DNA of 64,000 bases from a virus, in IMG/VR virus record IMGVR_UViG_3300019850_000208, positions 32,001 through 96,000 of that record. One strand, written 5' to 3'. The translations under genes and the position numbers were made by a program. The notes under the pieces are model-generated. The model did not search any database and was not told the origin of the DNA. It saw nothing but the letters and a program-made list of their open reading frames with translations. The first letter of the stretch is position 1. Each line of letters begins with the position of its first letter. Below, piece by piece: positions 28,499 through 39,700 of this stretch.

Positions 28499-28675
28499 TT
28501 ATTTTTTCTTGAATATTTTTTTTACAAAAGCAAATGCCTTTTTTATTCCTGCGATAATCTTATTGCCGAGTGTTACAAATTGCTGTGGATTAAGTTTTCC
28601 TGTTGCGAACAATACAGAAATAACACCGACAACAATGGCAATACCTATAATTTTCCAAATTAACCATGCAATCAT
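28499..28675 (-). CDS. 58-aa membrane protein, holin-like candidate (not in ORF track)
   Basis: AGGAG RBS; MIAWLIWKIIGIAIVVGVISVLFATG (one TM) followed by basic amphipathic ...KKAFAFVKKIFKKK. Confidence 0.7.
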   Translation of the reverse strand: MIAWLIWKIIGIAIVVGVISVLFATGKLNPQQFVTLGNKIIAGIKKAFAFVKKIFKKK

Positions 28676-28688
28676 AGTTTCTCTCCTT

Positions 28689-29003
28689 TTAAGCTACTAC
28701 AACAATTTTTCCATCAAACATTGAGCCACCAACTTGTCTAGCCCACACTCTTGCTGTTGCTCTGTCTAAATTACCGGAGTCAAAGAACACTCTTATTCTT
28801 TCAGGAAATATTTCATCAAAATCATTTGCGGCGTTTTCTTCATATAATCCAACCAAGGCATTAGTTGTGTGTAATACCAAGCTAACCTCATACACGAAAT
28901 CAATGTAGTAGAGACTGCCATTATCATGGATCCAATCGGAAGCTGTGAATGATAGTGTAGCTTTATTACCGCCTGTTAGTCTTTTTGTAAATGCTATATT
29001 CAT
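28689..29003 (-). CDS. Small putative structural protein
   Basis: FTASDW...FDGKIVV beta-rich pattern; ATGA overlap. Confidence 0.65.
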   Translation of the reverse strand: MNIAFTKRLTGGNKATLSFTASDWIHDNGSLYYIDFVYEVSLVLHTTNALVGLYEENAANDFDEIFPERIRVFFDSGNLDRATARVWARQVGGSMFDGKIVVVA

Positions 29004-29401
29004 GGCGTCGCATACTCATTTTTCGAAGTTAGTGTTATTTTAACTGTAATATCTTCTGAACTCATATTTTTAATATATATTTTCCTAAATTTGAAATTAC
29101 TTAGCGCTAAATTAATTTCATTAGGAAATAATGGTATCTTATCATATTTATTCGGATTATGGAACTGTACATAAATTGGTTCCAGCCGATCAACAGATGA
29201 ATCTGTTCTTATATTGACATTTTCCCACATTATATTAGTATCAGCATACAAATTAGTAAATACATCATATAAAGATTGCGGGTGCACCGTGAATTCGTAG
29301 CTGTGATATACATTCCCAAATTCCACGCCCCTGACAACTGCGAATGGAACCTCTTTTTTGATAAATAAAACACCAGCATTATCATCAACCCATAAAATCA
29401 T
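29000..29401 (-). CDS. Hypothetical protein, paralogue of 35070..35396
   Basis: YVQFH..DKIP..L.NFKFR.I.I.N shared. Confidence 0.75.
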   Translation of the reverse strand: MILWVDDNAGVLFIKKEVPFAVVRGVEFGNVYHSYEFTVHPQSLYDVFTNLYADTNIMWENVNIRTDSSVDRLEPIYVQFHNPNKYDKIPLFPNEINLALSNFKFRKIYIKNMSSEDITVKITLTSKNEYATP

Positions 29402-30180
29402 TATACAATCCTTCTGCCTCCGTTAGCAAGATCATATTGTCTCCATAGTGTTGTTTTATCCTCTTTATATATATTAATTATATTTCCATCTTTTGTTACA
29501 TCATTTGCCAATAGTCTTTCTATTATCTGTACCCACTCCCCCATTGTACCTATCTGTAGGTGTCCAGACTTAAGAGCATTCCAAACAGAGTTTGCTACCT
29601 CATCATAATCAATAGCAGAATCTACTATTTGCTGGAATAAAGCGCCAAAGGAGCCGGAGTTATCATGTTCATCAACTTGTTCGTCATAGACCTGATCGGC
29701 AATTTCCTCTTTGCTGGCGGTTTTATTCTGTAAATAGCCCATAGTGCCAGGCGCATTATGGGTTGGCCCGGCCGCATCCCATACCTGTGTGCCCACAGAC
29801 GTAATGGCAATAGCGATGGCATCAATAGATCTTTGGATAATAACATTAACTGTATAATCTCCCAATGTCGGAACAGCTAAAGGCTCTGGCGGGTCTTCAT
29901 TAGAATATAAATTTCCTTGCAGCAGAAGCTCATGATCGGCTTCATAGGGACGAATTCTCCATCCACTTTTAAGAAAGTATTTAGAGCCGGAATATTTTCC
30001 TTCACCAATAGCATCGCCGCCAGTAGTTCGCCACGGAAATTCATATTTACGTAATTCCGAATCTGCCAGCCAGTCTTCTTTCATATCAGAGTAAAGATCT
30101 ACTTTGACATCTAAAGACGTGATCCCACTCTTTACTATAATAAGTTTATTCACCGGATCTATTGTTATTTTCGCTGCCAT
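29401..30180 (-). CDS. Virion structural protein (DVKVDLYS..KE.W domain plus ..VW/..VY helical repeats)
   Basis: RTTGGDAIG..YFL..GWRIRP; EEIADQVY/EVANSVW repeats. Confidence 0.7.
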   Translation of the reverse strand: MAAKITIDPVNKLIIVKSGITSLDVKVDLYSDMKEDWLADSELRKYEFPWRTTGGDAIGEGKYSGSKYFLKSGWRIRPYEADHELLLQGNLYSNEDPPEPLAVPTLGDYTVNVIIQRSIDAIAIAITSVGTQVWDAAGPTHNAPGTMGYLQNKTASKEEIADQVYDEQVDEHDNSGSFGALFQQIVDSAIDYDEVANSVWNALKSGHLQIGTMGEWVQIIERLLANDVTKDGNIINIYKEDKTTLWRQYDLANGGRRIV

Positions 30181-30463
30181 TATTCTTCAGCTCCGTTGCT
30201 GGTAATGGTGATACATTTCTTTTCAGTTTTGCTTCCCATTGTTCCCATACACTAAAGTATCGTTCAACCACTACTAATGGTTGAGTAAGAGATACATCCC
30301 ATGATTTCGCGAATTCGCGCCAACCTCGGAACTCCTCCTGGTGTTCCATACACCTCTTGAGACCTCTGGGAGCACCTTTAGAACTAGTGCCATCATTAAT
30401 CTCGGTCTGAAATCTAAAACACCAATAGCGTACATCTCTCCTGGAAAGATCTGATAACACCAT
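30146..30463 (-). CDS. Small conserved hypothetical protein of the same module
   Basis: AGGAG RBS; Trp-rich FRGWREFAKSWDV. Confidence 0.65.
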   Translation of the reverse strand: MVLSDLSRRDVRYWCFRFQTEINDGTSSKGAPRGLKRCMEHQEEFRGWREFAKSWDVSLTQPLVVVERYFSVWEQWEAKLKRNVSPLPATELKNNGSENNNRSGE

Positions 30464-30478
30464 ATTATTATCTCCTTA

Positions 30479-32032
30479 TTATGCTGGGTTAGCATAGTTA
30501 CGTTCATCAGGCGCATTAACCGGGAATGTTAACCCAGTTGCTCTTGTGATCGTAAATTCTGCCTCAACCCACTCAGAACTACCTAAACCCATTGCGATGA
30601 CTACAACATCGGCATCGGTACCAGACGATCTGCCACCCTGCACATTTGTATCATAATCAAAGCTGAATGTAATGTTTTGCTGTGATACCTGGCCAGTAAT
30701 GTCAAGACTATCACCATCATCTACAATAATGGCATTAGTTGTATCATACTGATTACCATTAGCATTTTTAAAGAACATTGTGTAAACTGTATTAGCATTA
30801 GTTTCATTAACAAGATTAGATGAGAATACTAGAGTGCCAGCAGAAACAAATGGAAATGTTCTTTTTGTGCTTGTTGCAGGTACAGATTCAGTATCTAAGC
30901 CACCACCATCAGCTGTGATGTCAAAAAACTCAATTCTGTTCTGGTCGTTGACGTTAAAATCATCAACATAGACGCCAGGTTGAGTTTGTAGTGTGTCACC
31001 TAAGAAGCCTAATAATAATACAGCAACATTGCCATTGACAGTACCAAAGTTATCGCCATTGTCATTAGAGTTTATATTTGAATTTTTTCTGAGCTGCCTC
31101 TCAGCCCATTCGTAAATCTGTTCAGCTGTGGGGTTGGTGCCTGTACCGGTATTCGCATCAATTATTCTATTGAATGCATACCAATTAGTACCAATCTGTC
31201 GCTCGCCAGGATATCTCTCCCAATTAGCTGTTGGAGTTGTTGGCTCTTCACTGTTAGAATCTGTAAGAGATCTCCACCATCTACCGCCGTTTGTGACTAC
31301 ATCATCTGTGTCATAGGAACCAGCCGCCCAGCTTGTAAAACCGGAGCCATTAAGGAAATCAAGCGACATAGTCGTATAAGGTGTTGTAGTATCAATATCG
31401 TTGTCGGTATGAGTTACCTTAATGTCTGTAGCATTGGCAAGAGGCAATCTATACACAGCATAATCAAGAGCTGATAAATCCTGATCAACAAGAAGATTAG
31501 TTTCTGAATATAACTTAGCCTCTTCGCGAAGATATACTTTTAGGAAACCAGTGTAATCATTTGTGCCATCATAGATTCGAATTGCCTCATTGAGCTCGCC
31601 TGTTTTATCAAAATTAACAACGGATTGATCGAAACCAGTGATTTGCTGATAGTATGCTTGATCACTATTCGGATCATTCATATCACCCAATGATATAATG
31701 CCAGCATATTCGTCATCATTCAAGATCTCATGCCAGCCACCATCACGGATTAAATTTCTAGTTTGCTGATCGGCCCAGTCCCAGTTATTGATAACATCCA
31801 TTTTTGCCTCAGTAATTGCCTTGAGCGGAAACTTAAATTTGTTATAACTCGGATTAGATTGCCAGACTTCTTTCAAGAATGAATATATCGCTTGAAGGGT
31901 AACGCCTGAGGTTTTACCCGGGCTATTATCATCTAAGTTACCTGCTCCAAGTAGCTGAATTGTTTTTGCATTAGCATCAACAACAATCTCTGTAGCTAAA
32001 TTCAGCTGATCAGGATCAACAATTTTAGCCAT
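30479..32032 (-). CDS. Virion structural protein
   Basis: GVTLQAIYSFLKEVW domain related to the 29401 N-terminus; ends ERNYANPA. Confidence 0.7.
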   Translation of the reverse strand: MAKIVDPDQLNLATEIVVDANAKTIQLLGAGNLDDNSPGKTSGVTLQAIYSFLKEVWQSNPSYNKFKFPLKAITEAKMDVINNWDWADQQTRNLIRDGGWHEILNDDEYAGIISLGDMNDPNSDQAYYQQITGFDQSVVNFDKTGELNEAIRIYDGTNDYTGFLKVYLREEAKLYSETNLLVDQDLSALDYAVYRLPLANATDIKVTHTDNDIDTTTPYTTMSLDFLNGSGFTSWAAGSYDTDDVVTNGGRWWRSLTDSNSEEPTTPTANWERYPGERQIGTNWYAFNRIIDANTGTGTNPTAEQIYEWAERQLRKNSNINSNDNGDNFGTVNGNVAVLLLGFLGDTLQTQPGVYVDDFNVNDQNRIEFFDITADGGGLDTESVPATSTKRTFPFVSAGTLVFSSNLVNETNANTVYTMFFKNANGNQYDTTNAIIVDDGDSLDITGQVSQQNITFSFDYDTNVQGGRSSGTDADVVVIAMGLGSSEWVEAEFTITRATGLTFPVNAPDERNYANPA

Positions 32033-32056
32033 ATTTTACCCTCCTGTTTTATTACC

Positions 32057-34210
32057 TTACGGATTACTATAATTTGGGTCGGTTACTTGACTAACCCTTA
32101 AATTTGCATTACTGTTTGCTAAAGTGATATTTTCAAAAGTGCCGGATTCCGGCGTATAATTAACATTCCATATTAATATATCTACAATAATATCTTGGCC
32201 CTTGTAGGGGTAAGTATACTGAGTTTCTCCACCAGCGTCTACACTTTCTATATGGTAAAGGACTTCCTGGTCCGAAACTCTAACGTAAGTTAATTCGGAG
32301 CCTGCGGCTATATTTGTTAATGTATGTGTATAGCTCTCTTCAAATATGGTTGCTCCAGGGATTGCACCAGCTTCTTCTCCAGTATAGGCATTAGAACCAT
32401 CTAATAGTGTGATTACAATTACGCCGCCAACTCGCACATAGAAGGCGGCATCTTTTCCATTATTGGCCGCCCAAGTTTCGGTATAAGTTGAAAAGTTACC
32501 AGTGTGTGTAGGTGTACTTGCATCTACACCAACATTTATATAATTTGCACCATCTCCACCATTATATTCAAGAGTAATAACATATTCAGTATCTGCTGTT
32601 AAGTCATAGCTATCTGAGAATTCAAAGGTTGTTAGTGTCAATGCTCCTGTCAATGTAGATACATCAAAATTTTGAGTTGCGGCCAGAGCATTTCCAGTTG
32701 GCACACTACTTGTGCCATATGTTCCACTATGAGCATATAATTTTGCAATAGCATTGCCAGTCGGATTTCCGGTCTTTGAAAGATAAAAGAGCGCATTTGC
32801 AATTTTAGCAGGAGAACCTGTTCCAAGTGAGCTAAATGATTGCCCTACTGCAGTAGTGGTTCCATCTCCAAGATTTTGAGTTGCATCCTGATTCGCTTCT
32901 GAATATGAATCAGCAACTGTCGCAATGCTTGTATTATCTATATCAAAATCATTACCAGTAAATTGTAAATTATAATAATTAAATTCTCCGGTTGTATCAT
33001 GCTGGATAGCATGAGGATCATTTGTAACATCTGTATTAGCGATGAAACTACAATTTTTAATATCTATATTAGGATTCCATAATAAGGCTGAGCCATCGCT
33101 ATTATTATCGGTAGTGCTAGAAAAAGTACAATTACGAATTAATACTGCGCCTACTGGGTCAAATTGCCCGCATTGATCAACAATAGCTCCTATGAATTCG
33201 TGATTTGAATCATTGCCCCAACTAATTCCGCCCATCAGTCTCAAGGTAGTGCCATAGAGTTGAACTAAATTGTTGGCGTGACTGCCATCATATAAATCAA
33301 CAGTTGTGACATGCAGATCAGAACCAATAAATGTACTTCCATTTCGGCCACTTGCCGCATCTCCGGAGCCGACCTTAACGCCATCTTGGAATGTTGTTGC
33401 ATTCGTAGCATTACCTACTATATCTAATCTCTGAAAACTATTAGATATAGAAAGAGACCATGATGTTCCATTCCAATATTCTTGGCTTATCCATTTGATA
33501 GTGCGTGAGCTATCAGTGAATGTTGTCCCATTAGTTCCAATATTATCACCAACTTCTAATCTACCATAACAGTAAAAAATGCCTTGAACATCTTGAAGTA
33601 TGCCATATTTGTTGGCCTTGGTGTTCATGTCAGCATCTGCAACATCTTGCCAACCATCTGTATCAGTGCCATAAATTCTTAGGCCCCAGCCAACATCTAT
33701 TCTATCAATAATTAGGTTCTCGGCTTTTGCGGCGCCTGTAGTATTTATGTAAATTCCGAATAATTGAACAGAAGCTGTGTTAAATGTTCCAGTTGTCGCC
33801 GTTGGTGTAGAGGTTGGATCTATAACCAATCTTATCCAACCACCATTGTATCTATCTAATGTATCATTCCCTAATATATACCATTCAGCATAATTATTTG
33901 TATCTGTTCCTAACCAAATTCTTAATCCACCGTTTGCGACAGTGTCTATAGCTCCAAGAGTAGTACAGTTCATCCAGATAAAAATATGCTGACCTGCATA
34001 AGTTGTAGTGAAGTCTAACCCAGTTCCATTATCATAGTAAAGGGCACCATCTTTGTTGGAGGCTTTCATTGATACAGCATAATCGCCTTGAAGAACAATA
34101 TCTGTTTCTTGAACAGGTGCACCAAGACCACCATCTCCCATACTGGACCAGCCAGTTGTGTTTTCGGCAGTTGTTATATTTGTTCCATTGAAGACTACTG
34201 TAGCTGCCAT
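32057..34210 (-). CDS. Virion structural protein with a short beta-helix and an inserted jelly-roll
   Basis: GGWIRLVIDP; ends QVTDPNYSNP like its neighbour. Confidence 0.7.
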   Translation of the reverse strand: MAATVVFNGTNITTAENTTGWSSMGDGGLGAPVQETDIVLQGDYAVSMKASNKDGALYYDNGTGLDFTTTYAGQHIFIWMNCTTLGAIDTVANGGLRIWLGTDTNNYAEWYILGNDTLDRYNGGWIRLVIDPTSTPTATTGTFNTASVQLFGIYINTTGAAKAENLIIDRIDVGWGLRIYGTDTDGWQDVADADMNTKANKYGILQDVQGIFYCYGRLEVGDNIGTNGTTFTDSSRTIKWISQEYWNGTSWSLSISNSFQRLDIVGNATNATTFQDGVKVGSGDAASGRNGSTFIGSDLHVTTVDLYDGSHANNLVQLYGTTLRLMGGISWGNDSNHEFIGAIVDQCGQFDPVGAVLIRNCTFSSTTDNNSDGSALLWNPNIDIKNCSFIANTDVTNDPHAIQHDTTGEFNYYNLQFTGNDFDIDNTSIATVADSYSEANQDATQNLGDGTTTAVGQSFSSLGTGSPAKIANALFYLSKTGNPTGNAIAKLYAHSGTYGTSSVPTGNALAATQNFDVSTLTGALTLTTFEFSDSYDLTADTEYVITLEYNGGDGANYINVGVDASTPTHTGNFSTYTETWAANNGKDAAFYVRVGGVIVITLLDGSNAYTGEEAGAIPGATIFEESYTHTLTNIAAGSELTYVRVSDQEVLYHIESVDAGGETQYTYPYKGQDIIVDILIWNVNYTPESGTFENITLANSNANLRVSQVTDPNYSNP

Positions 34211-35058
34211 TAACTCTCCTCAATCCAACCATTATCTACTGTGTTTCTTGCAACTAAAATGGCCCCATCTAAGGAGATATTAGCCCATAGTTCCCAAGCC
34301 CCCGTGTCCTGATTGAATATAAATGCATGTTTAGATATATCATAACCCTTAATGGCAAACTGGGTATAAGCATACATGATGTCTCCGGGAGACAAGCCAA
34401 TTTTATTCCAACTTCCCAAACGATAAGCTAAAGCACCAGCTAAACAGTACCTGGATGTTATATTTGTCTTATATGCTCTGGGCTTTTCGGCGGCATCGGT
34501 AGTAATTTTATATATTTCATGTAGTGTCACATTATCTGTTGCTTCCGTATTAGATGTGCCTATACTGTCTCCGCTGCTATATCCATTTTGAATAGAACCT
34601 AAATCATCAGTATCTGGGCCCTTAGTTGCTATAAATCCAGCAAGAGCTAAATTATTAAGGCCTGGCAAACTTCCCTCTCCGGTATCAGGATTTGATGTGC
34701 TTCCTAAATCAACGAATTTTTTAGATCCAAAAACATCAACATTGCTATATTCAAGAACTATGGCCACTTTATAAGCAGGATATGTTGGTCCTGGCCATGA
34801 TATTGTGATATCACGAGTTTGACCTCCCGCAATAATTATTGGCCTCGAATTGAGTTGTAAGCATATACCGCCACCTAAAATTCTATGCGTAAGTGGAATA
34901 CCAGAACTGCCCCATGCTATAGTTGGATTCCCATTACCATCTTCGTAGGCATTTGCTATTATGATCATAGAATTCGCGCCTATAGTGACATCAGAAATCG
35001 TAAGATTTGTTGAGCCACTTTGATCTGAAGTATCGCCACGAAATATATGGGTTATCAT
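34210..35058 (-). CDS. Hypothetical beta-rich structural protein
   Basis: Long ORF, TAATG overlap with the downstream gene. Confidence 0.65.
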   Translation of the reverse strand: MITHIFRGDTSDQSGSTNLTISDVTIGANSMIIIANAYEDGNGNPTIAWGSSGIPLTHRILGGGICLQLNSRPIIIAGGQTRDITISWPGPTYPAYKVAIVLEYSNVDVFGSKKFVDLGSTSNPDTGEGSLPGLNNLALAGFIATKGPDTDDLGSIQNGYSSGDSIGTSNTEATDNVTLHEIYKITTDAAEKPRAYKTNITSRYCLAGALAYRLGSWNKIGLSPGDIMYAYTQFAIKGYDISKHAFIFNQDTGAWELWANISLDGAILVARNTVDNGWIEES

Positions 35059-35069
35059 TTTATGCCTTC

Positions 35070-35396
35070 TTATGCTACTACGTTATCAGATAGTAGTAAT
35101 AAACGTATTCTTATAGTAAAATCGTTTTCGTTTCCAATAAAAATATTCCTAAATTTAAAATTACCTAATGTCAAGCTCTCCTCGTTATTATAAATAGGTA
35201 TTTTATCAAAATCGGTTCTGTGAAATTGTACATAGCAAGGGGCGCTTACATAAATGCTTGCGTCAGTATAAGCAGCCTGGCTTTTTCTATAATGTTTTCT
35301 TCTAACATCATAAACATTGTTAGCTGGCACATCAAACACCAGGCAACGATACAGGTGACTGCCTCTTGGAATAGTTGATCTCTGGGTGGTTGCCAT
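35070..35396 (-). CDS. Hypothetical protein, paralogue of 29000..29401
   Basis: Shared C-terminal motif. Confidence 0.75.
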   Translation of the reverse strand: MATTQRSTIPRGSHLYRCLVFDVPANNVYDVRRKHYRKSQAAYTDASIYVSAPCYVQFHRTDFDKIPIYNNEESLTLGNFKFRNIFIGNENDFTIRIRLLLLSDNVVA

Positions 35397-35404
35397 AGCT
35401 CTTC

Positions 35405-36694
35405 TTACCTAATTAGCATCCAAATTTTTGAATTTTCACCATTTTGAAGTACCTTCCCTATTATTGCACCTCTATGAAATATTCTTTCTAATATATTCGC
35501 CTTGATGGCACTTCCATCCTTATATGATACCAGTTCATCTCCAACTTTTACTTTACCGTTAACTTTGACCTTGATCTTGCCTGATAAACCAACTGGTATT
35601 TTATTGTCTGACTTATTATCGCCTCCAAGAGCAAAACCGTAATTATCAGAATAAACTCCAATGACTCTAATGTCAGCTCTTTTATTGGAAATGATAATAC
35701 TATCACCAACATCAATCATTACGTTTCCTGGCTTTGCAACCGGGCCTTTATAAGGCATGAATTCAGCAAGGTCTCCATAAACTGCGTTGTAAAATCTGGT
35801 GGCATAGAAATATCCATTATATCCCAACACAGTTTCTCCAGTTGGATCGCTTTTATTGTGTTCTAACCAGCCGCCGGAAGTTGTAATTCTAACTTTACCA
35901 CCAATCTCAACATTCTGCGCACTTTGGCTTCCAGCCGCGGCGCCCGATTCGCCTGTCCCAATACCAATTCTTGTGCTGCCGTCAATTCTTGCGCCTTCTA
36001 TGTAAAGCTCTCCATCTAAATTATTATAAAGGTGTATAGAATCTATTTCTAATTGTGAAAAGCTTCCAGAGTTATCAGAATTTACCGTAGACAGTGATTG
36101 AATTAAGCCATCATTGGGACCTGTAATTGTTCCATCCGCATTTATTGTACTTGTTGTTGAAATGGCTCCATTAGAGTTAAGAGTAATTGTACTATTGCCA
36201 ATATAAACTATGCTGCCATATTTATTGAGATATAATGGCGCACCGGCACCATTATTTCTTGCCATAATTTCATCACTATCCAATGTTATATTATATCCAC
36301 CAACAGCTCCTATAGTAAGTGCCCCATCATGAGAGAAATCACTGTCGGTAGCATCATAAATATATAATTTACCGGTTTCTTTCAGTTCCATTAAACCGGA
36401 GCCACCAGGAAAAGTATCAGTATCTTTTCTCCATTGGAAACTTTCATTCGTGGTGCTATTATCATTATCAATAACAAAAATCATACTGTCTTCGGCGGAG
36501 ATGAAGGAATCACTATAGAAAAATAAGTCGGAGCCAAGTGAGCCATTATTGTGACCTCTTAATTCAATTGCTGTGCCCACCTTGAAATTGCCTGACACAA
36601 CATAATTTCCTGTTATTGTGCCTCCACCAGTAGATGATAAAAAAGATTGATTTAAATTCTTATAATTGGCTTCTGATCCTTTGCTAATTCCCAT
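35405..36694 (-). CDS. Tail fibre with a C-terminal intramolecular chaperone/autocleavage domain (Peptidase_G2-like, PF11962)
   Basis: FYNAVYGDLAEF...VIGVYSD..GF..G...PVGLSGKIKVKV..GDELVS...GAIIGKVL. Confidence 0.8.
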   Translation of the reverse strand: MGISKGSEANYKNLNQSFLSSTGGGTITGNYVVSGNFKVGTAIELRGHNNGSLGSDLFFYSDSFISAEDSMIFVIDNDNSTTNESFQWRKDTDTFPGGSGLMELKETGKLYIYDATDSDFSHDGALTIGAVGGYNITLDSDEIMARNNGAGAPLYLNKYGSIVYIGNSTITLNSNGAISTTSTINADGTITGPNDGLIQSLSTVNSDNSGSFSQLEIDSIHLYNNLDGELYIEGARIDGSTRIGIGTGESGAAAGSQSAQNVEIGGKVRITTSGGWLEHNKSDPTGETVLGYNGYFYATRFYNAVYGDLAEFMPYKGPVAKPGNVMIDVGDSIIISNKRADIRVIGVYSDNYGFALGGDNKSDNKIPVGLSGKIKVKVNGKVKVGDELVSYKDGSAIKANILERIFHRGAIIGKVLQNGENSKIWMLIR

Positions 36695-36723
36695 AATTAC
36701 AATTCTCCTATCTATTATTTTTC

Positions 36724-39700
36724 TTAAACTATAATAGACTTAAAACCCTTCGGATAAAATGGCGCATCTGATTTATACCATGTCATAATTTCTCTCGGAT
36801 CACGATTAATGCTATCTAATCTTAATTCATCCATTTTGCCAAAAAGATTTTTATTTATAATGAAACCTTCTGGACTATTTGCTACTGATCTATAAGTTTT
36901 TGTATATGTTCCATCAGAGCCGCCATTTATATATATTTTGAAGTTATTACTCTGATTCCAACTTCCAGATTGATTTACCGGGTTCCATTGCCATTGATAG
37001 TAATAGTTCACATTTATCTTTCTTAATTTTCCGCTATTACTTACAAAGTCCCAATCCCAAACATAGAATTCATCTGGATCAGGATCTGTTACTTTGTAAA
37101 CCCATCCATTTTGATCAGAAGTATGACCTGCCACAGCTATTCCTAATGCGGCAAGCGTAGGATAAGTGGTAGCCTGATATTTTTTAGGCTCTTGTGTTAC
37201 AACAGATACATAGCCATCTTCCCAAACCGTCAAAGCAGACAAATCGGTATACTTATCATAAATCCCATCCGGGGCTTTCTTTGCCCAATGACCACCATCC
37301 CATATCCAATAATCCCCGGTATCCTTGACTTTATATACATAACCATCTTCATTCGCACTTAATGCTGGCAGATCTCCCTGTGTTGGCACTTCAATCTGAA
37401 ACCACTGCACACCCAGGAGTGACCATGTCATAGATATAGAAGTCCACGCATCTGTTTGCATGGCGGGCAGAGTAATAATTGTATAGTCATTCGCTTGACC
37501 TATTATTGCGCGAAATTTGTTCTCTTCATTCATATCTCTTTCAATTTTGCATAGAGTCCAGTACCATTGAGAAGCTGTGTTATAGGTAAATGATAAAACT
37601 GTTGGTCCCTGTATATGAATCCATGAACTACCGTCATACTTCCAATATTCATATGTGTCAACTGTTCTATAAACATTGCCTGTGATTGCTGAGATCCCCG
37701 ACAAAGCCGTGTAATTCGTCACTTCACCTTGATAATCAATAATATCAATTAAATCTATAGCATACGGTTTTATATAGAATGTTAATGTCCCCTCACGCTC
37801 ATCTGTATGAATATTATAGTTCAAGTTTGTTGTTTGTAGTTTGCCAGATACATAGGTGTCTTTTGATGGTGGCCCTTCTTCCAGTTTAACATTTTTAATC
37901 CATACTGTGCCTGTTGTATCCTCTACGTAATTTGTTGTGTATTGTGTATCCAAAATAGAATTGGAATCAACATCATAACCATAATGAGTTTCTTGTAAAT
38001 AAAAGCTGGTATTAGCTACAGTAGGGATAGCGATCATAACTGTTAATTTATCACCTGAAGAAAATGGCGCCTTAATATCAATTGTTTGATTGTCTGAATT
38101 TTCAACATAATCATATGTAGTTCCCTTTCTCTGCAACATACCATTTATGAAGACAATCAGCGAATTATCGCCTTCTGTATATGGTTGAGATGTTTTATAG
38201 AGCGTAATGCTTTCATCCATTATGTAATCTTCTCTTACATACTGTTTCGTTCCTGGTCCCGTGCCTGATATATATATAATTCTTAAAGTTGTAATTAACT
38301 CGCCATGATATGCCGGCAGTATCAGCTGAAACGAATCGCTGAAGTGATTTGTTACATAATCATCTTCCTCTGTCATTAATAGGCCATTGCGATAAATATA
38401 TAGATCATCTTCTGGGTCATATCCGCCTGGCACATTAAATGTAACCTGGCCCGCTGTTGCTGGTAGATAATCATATCTTTCATAGTAGAAACCATTACCA
38501 GCAGAAAATATATTTGTGACATAATCTAATACATTTGAGGCATAATCTTCTGACATCGCCATGCCATTAATTAATACCATTCTAAACACATTTTCATCTT
38601 CTTGAACAGCAAATGAGAACAATGTTTCTGGTGATGCCAATTCCCATGTGTCAGTACTATATTCGTAGTTTGGTCCCAACACCATAATTGTAATATTATC
38701 GCCAGCCGATGGCGCATAAATCAAGCTTACGGTATTATCATTAAGTTCATGGTAATCGTCATCGGCCGAGAGCATTTCACCATTTTGGAATACAAGTAGA
38801 TGCTGCTTATCATTAACATAAGTAATGCCTGTGGGCAGATCAAAATCTGTCTGCCCTGTTCCGGCTTCATATTCATATCTATTAATGACGGCGTTTTTCC
38901 AGAAGATTACTTTTATTATATCATCTGCCAATAGATTATATGTAAAATTTATTCTCCAAACTGAGGTCTCCAGCGTAGTATTATAATCTACAGTTTCTTT
39001 CAGTAATTGGCCATTACGGAAAACGTGTAATCTATTTGTCGGATCTGATACATAATTGCCTGTTTTAATTGTGTTAACAGGAGTTACTATTTTGTACATT
39101 TCTTCAGCAGCTGCTGAAATAGCAGCGCCGGTGGATATATCGACAAAATGCCGAATTTGGACTTTATTGCCAGATAGTACTGGATCATTAAAAGTGATTC
39201 TATAGGCTGTTGTATCATAACTGGATGTTGATTTGGATAATATATTAATTATATCATTCGCACCCGGCTGAAATTCAAATTCAATCTTATTGTCGTTCAA
39301 TTCTGTAAAATCATCGCCGCGTTTCAAAAGGATACCATTATAATATACAAATAGAGTTTCAGCTTCTAATAAATCAGGTTCTGTTATAACCAATCTATCC
39401 ATGCTGTTCGTGGCTGTGGTTTTAGATATACCGTTAACTACTATTTTTCTCCAAACATTGTTCAGATAGGTTATTTCATCAGCTTCCCATCCAACAGTTT
39501 CTGTAAGAGGATTAATAACATTAATTCTGCGAAATCCAATCGGAGCGGTTGATCTGGCGTAAAACGAAAGCGTATAGTTTTTATCTGGAGACAAGCCATT
39601 TGGCATATCTATTTGGATGATATTTTTAATATTCTGAATGTTATCAAAATACACCTTGAAAGAACCGTCATCATCCTGTTCTACGATTACACTGCCATTT

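Noticed and set aside
976-36694. Invertible tail-fibre shufflon
   Set aside because: All tip genes are co-oriented; no inverted crossover sites or invertase seen.
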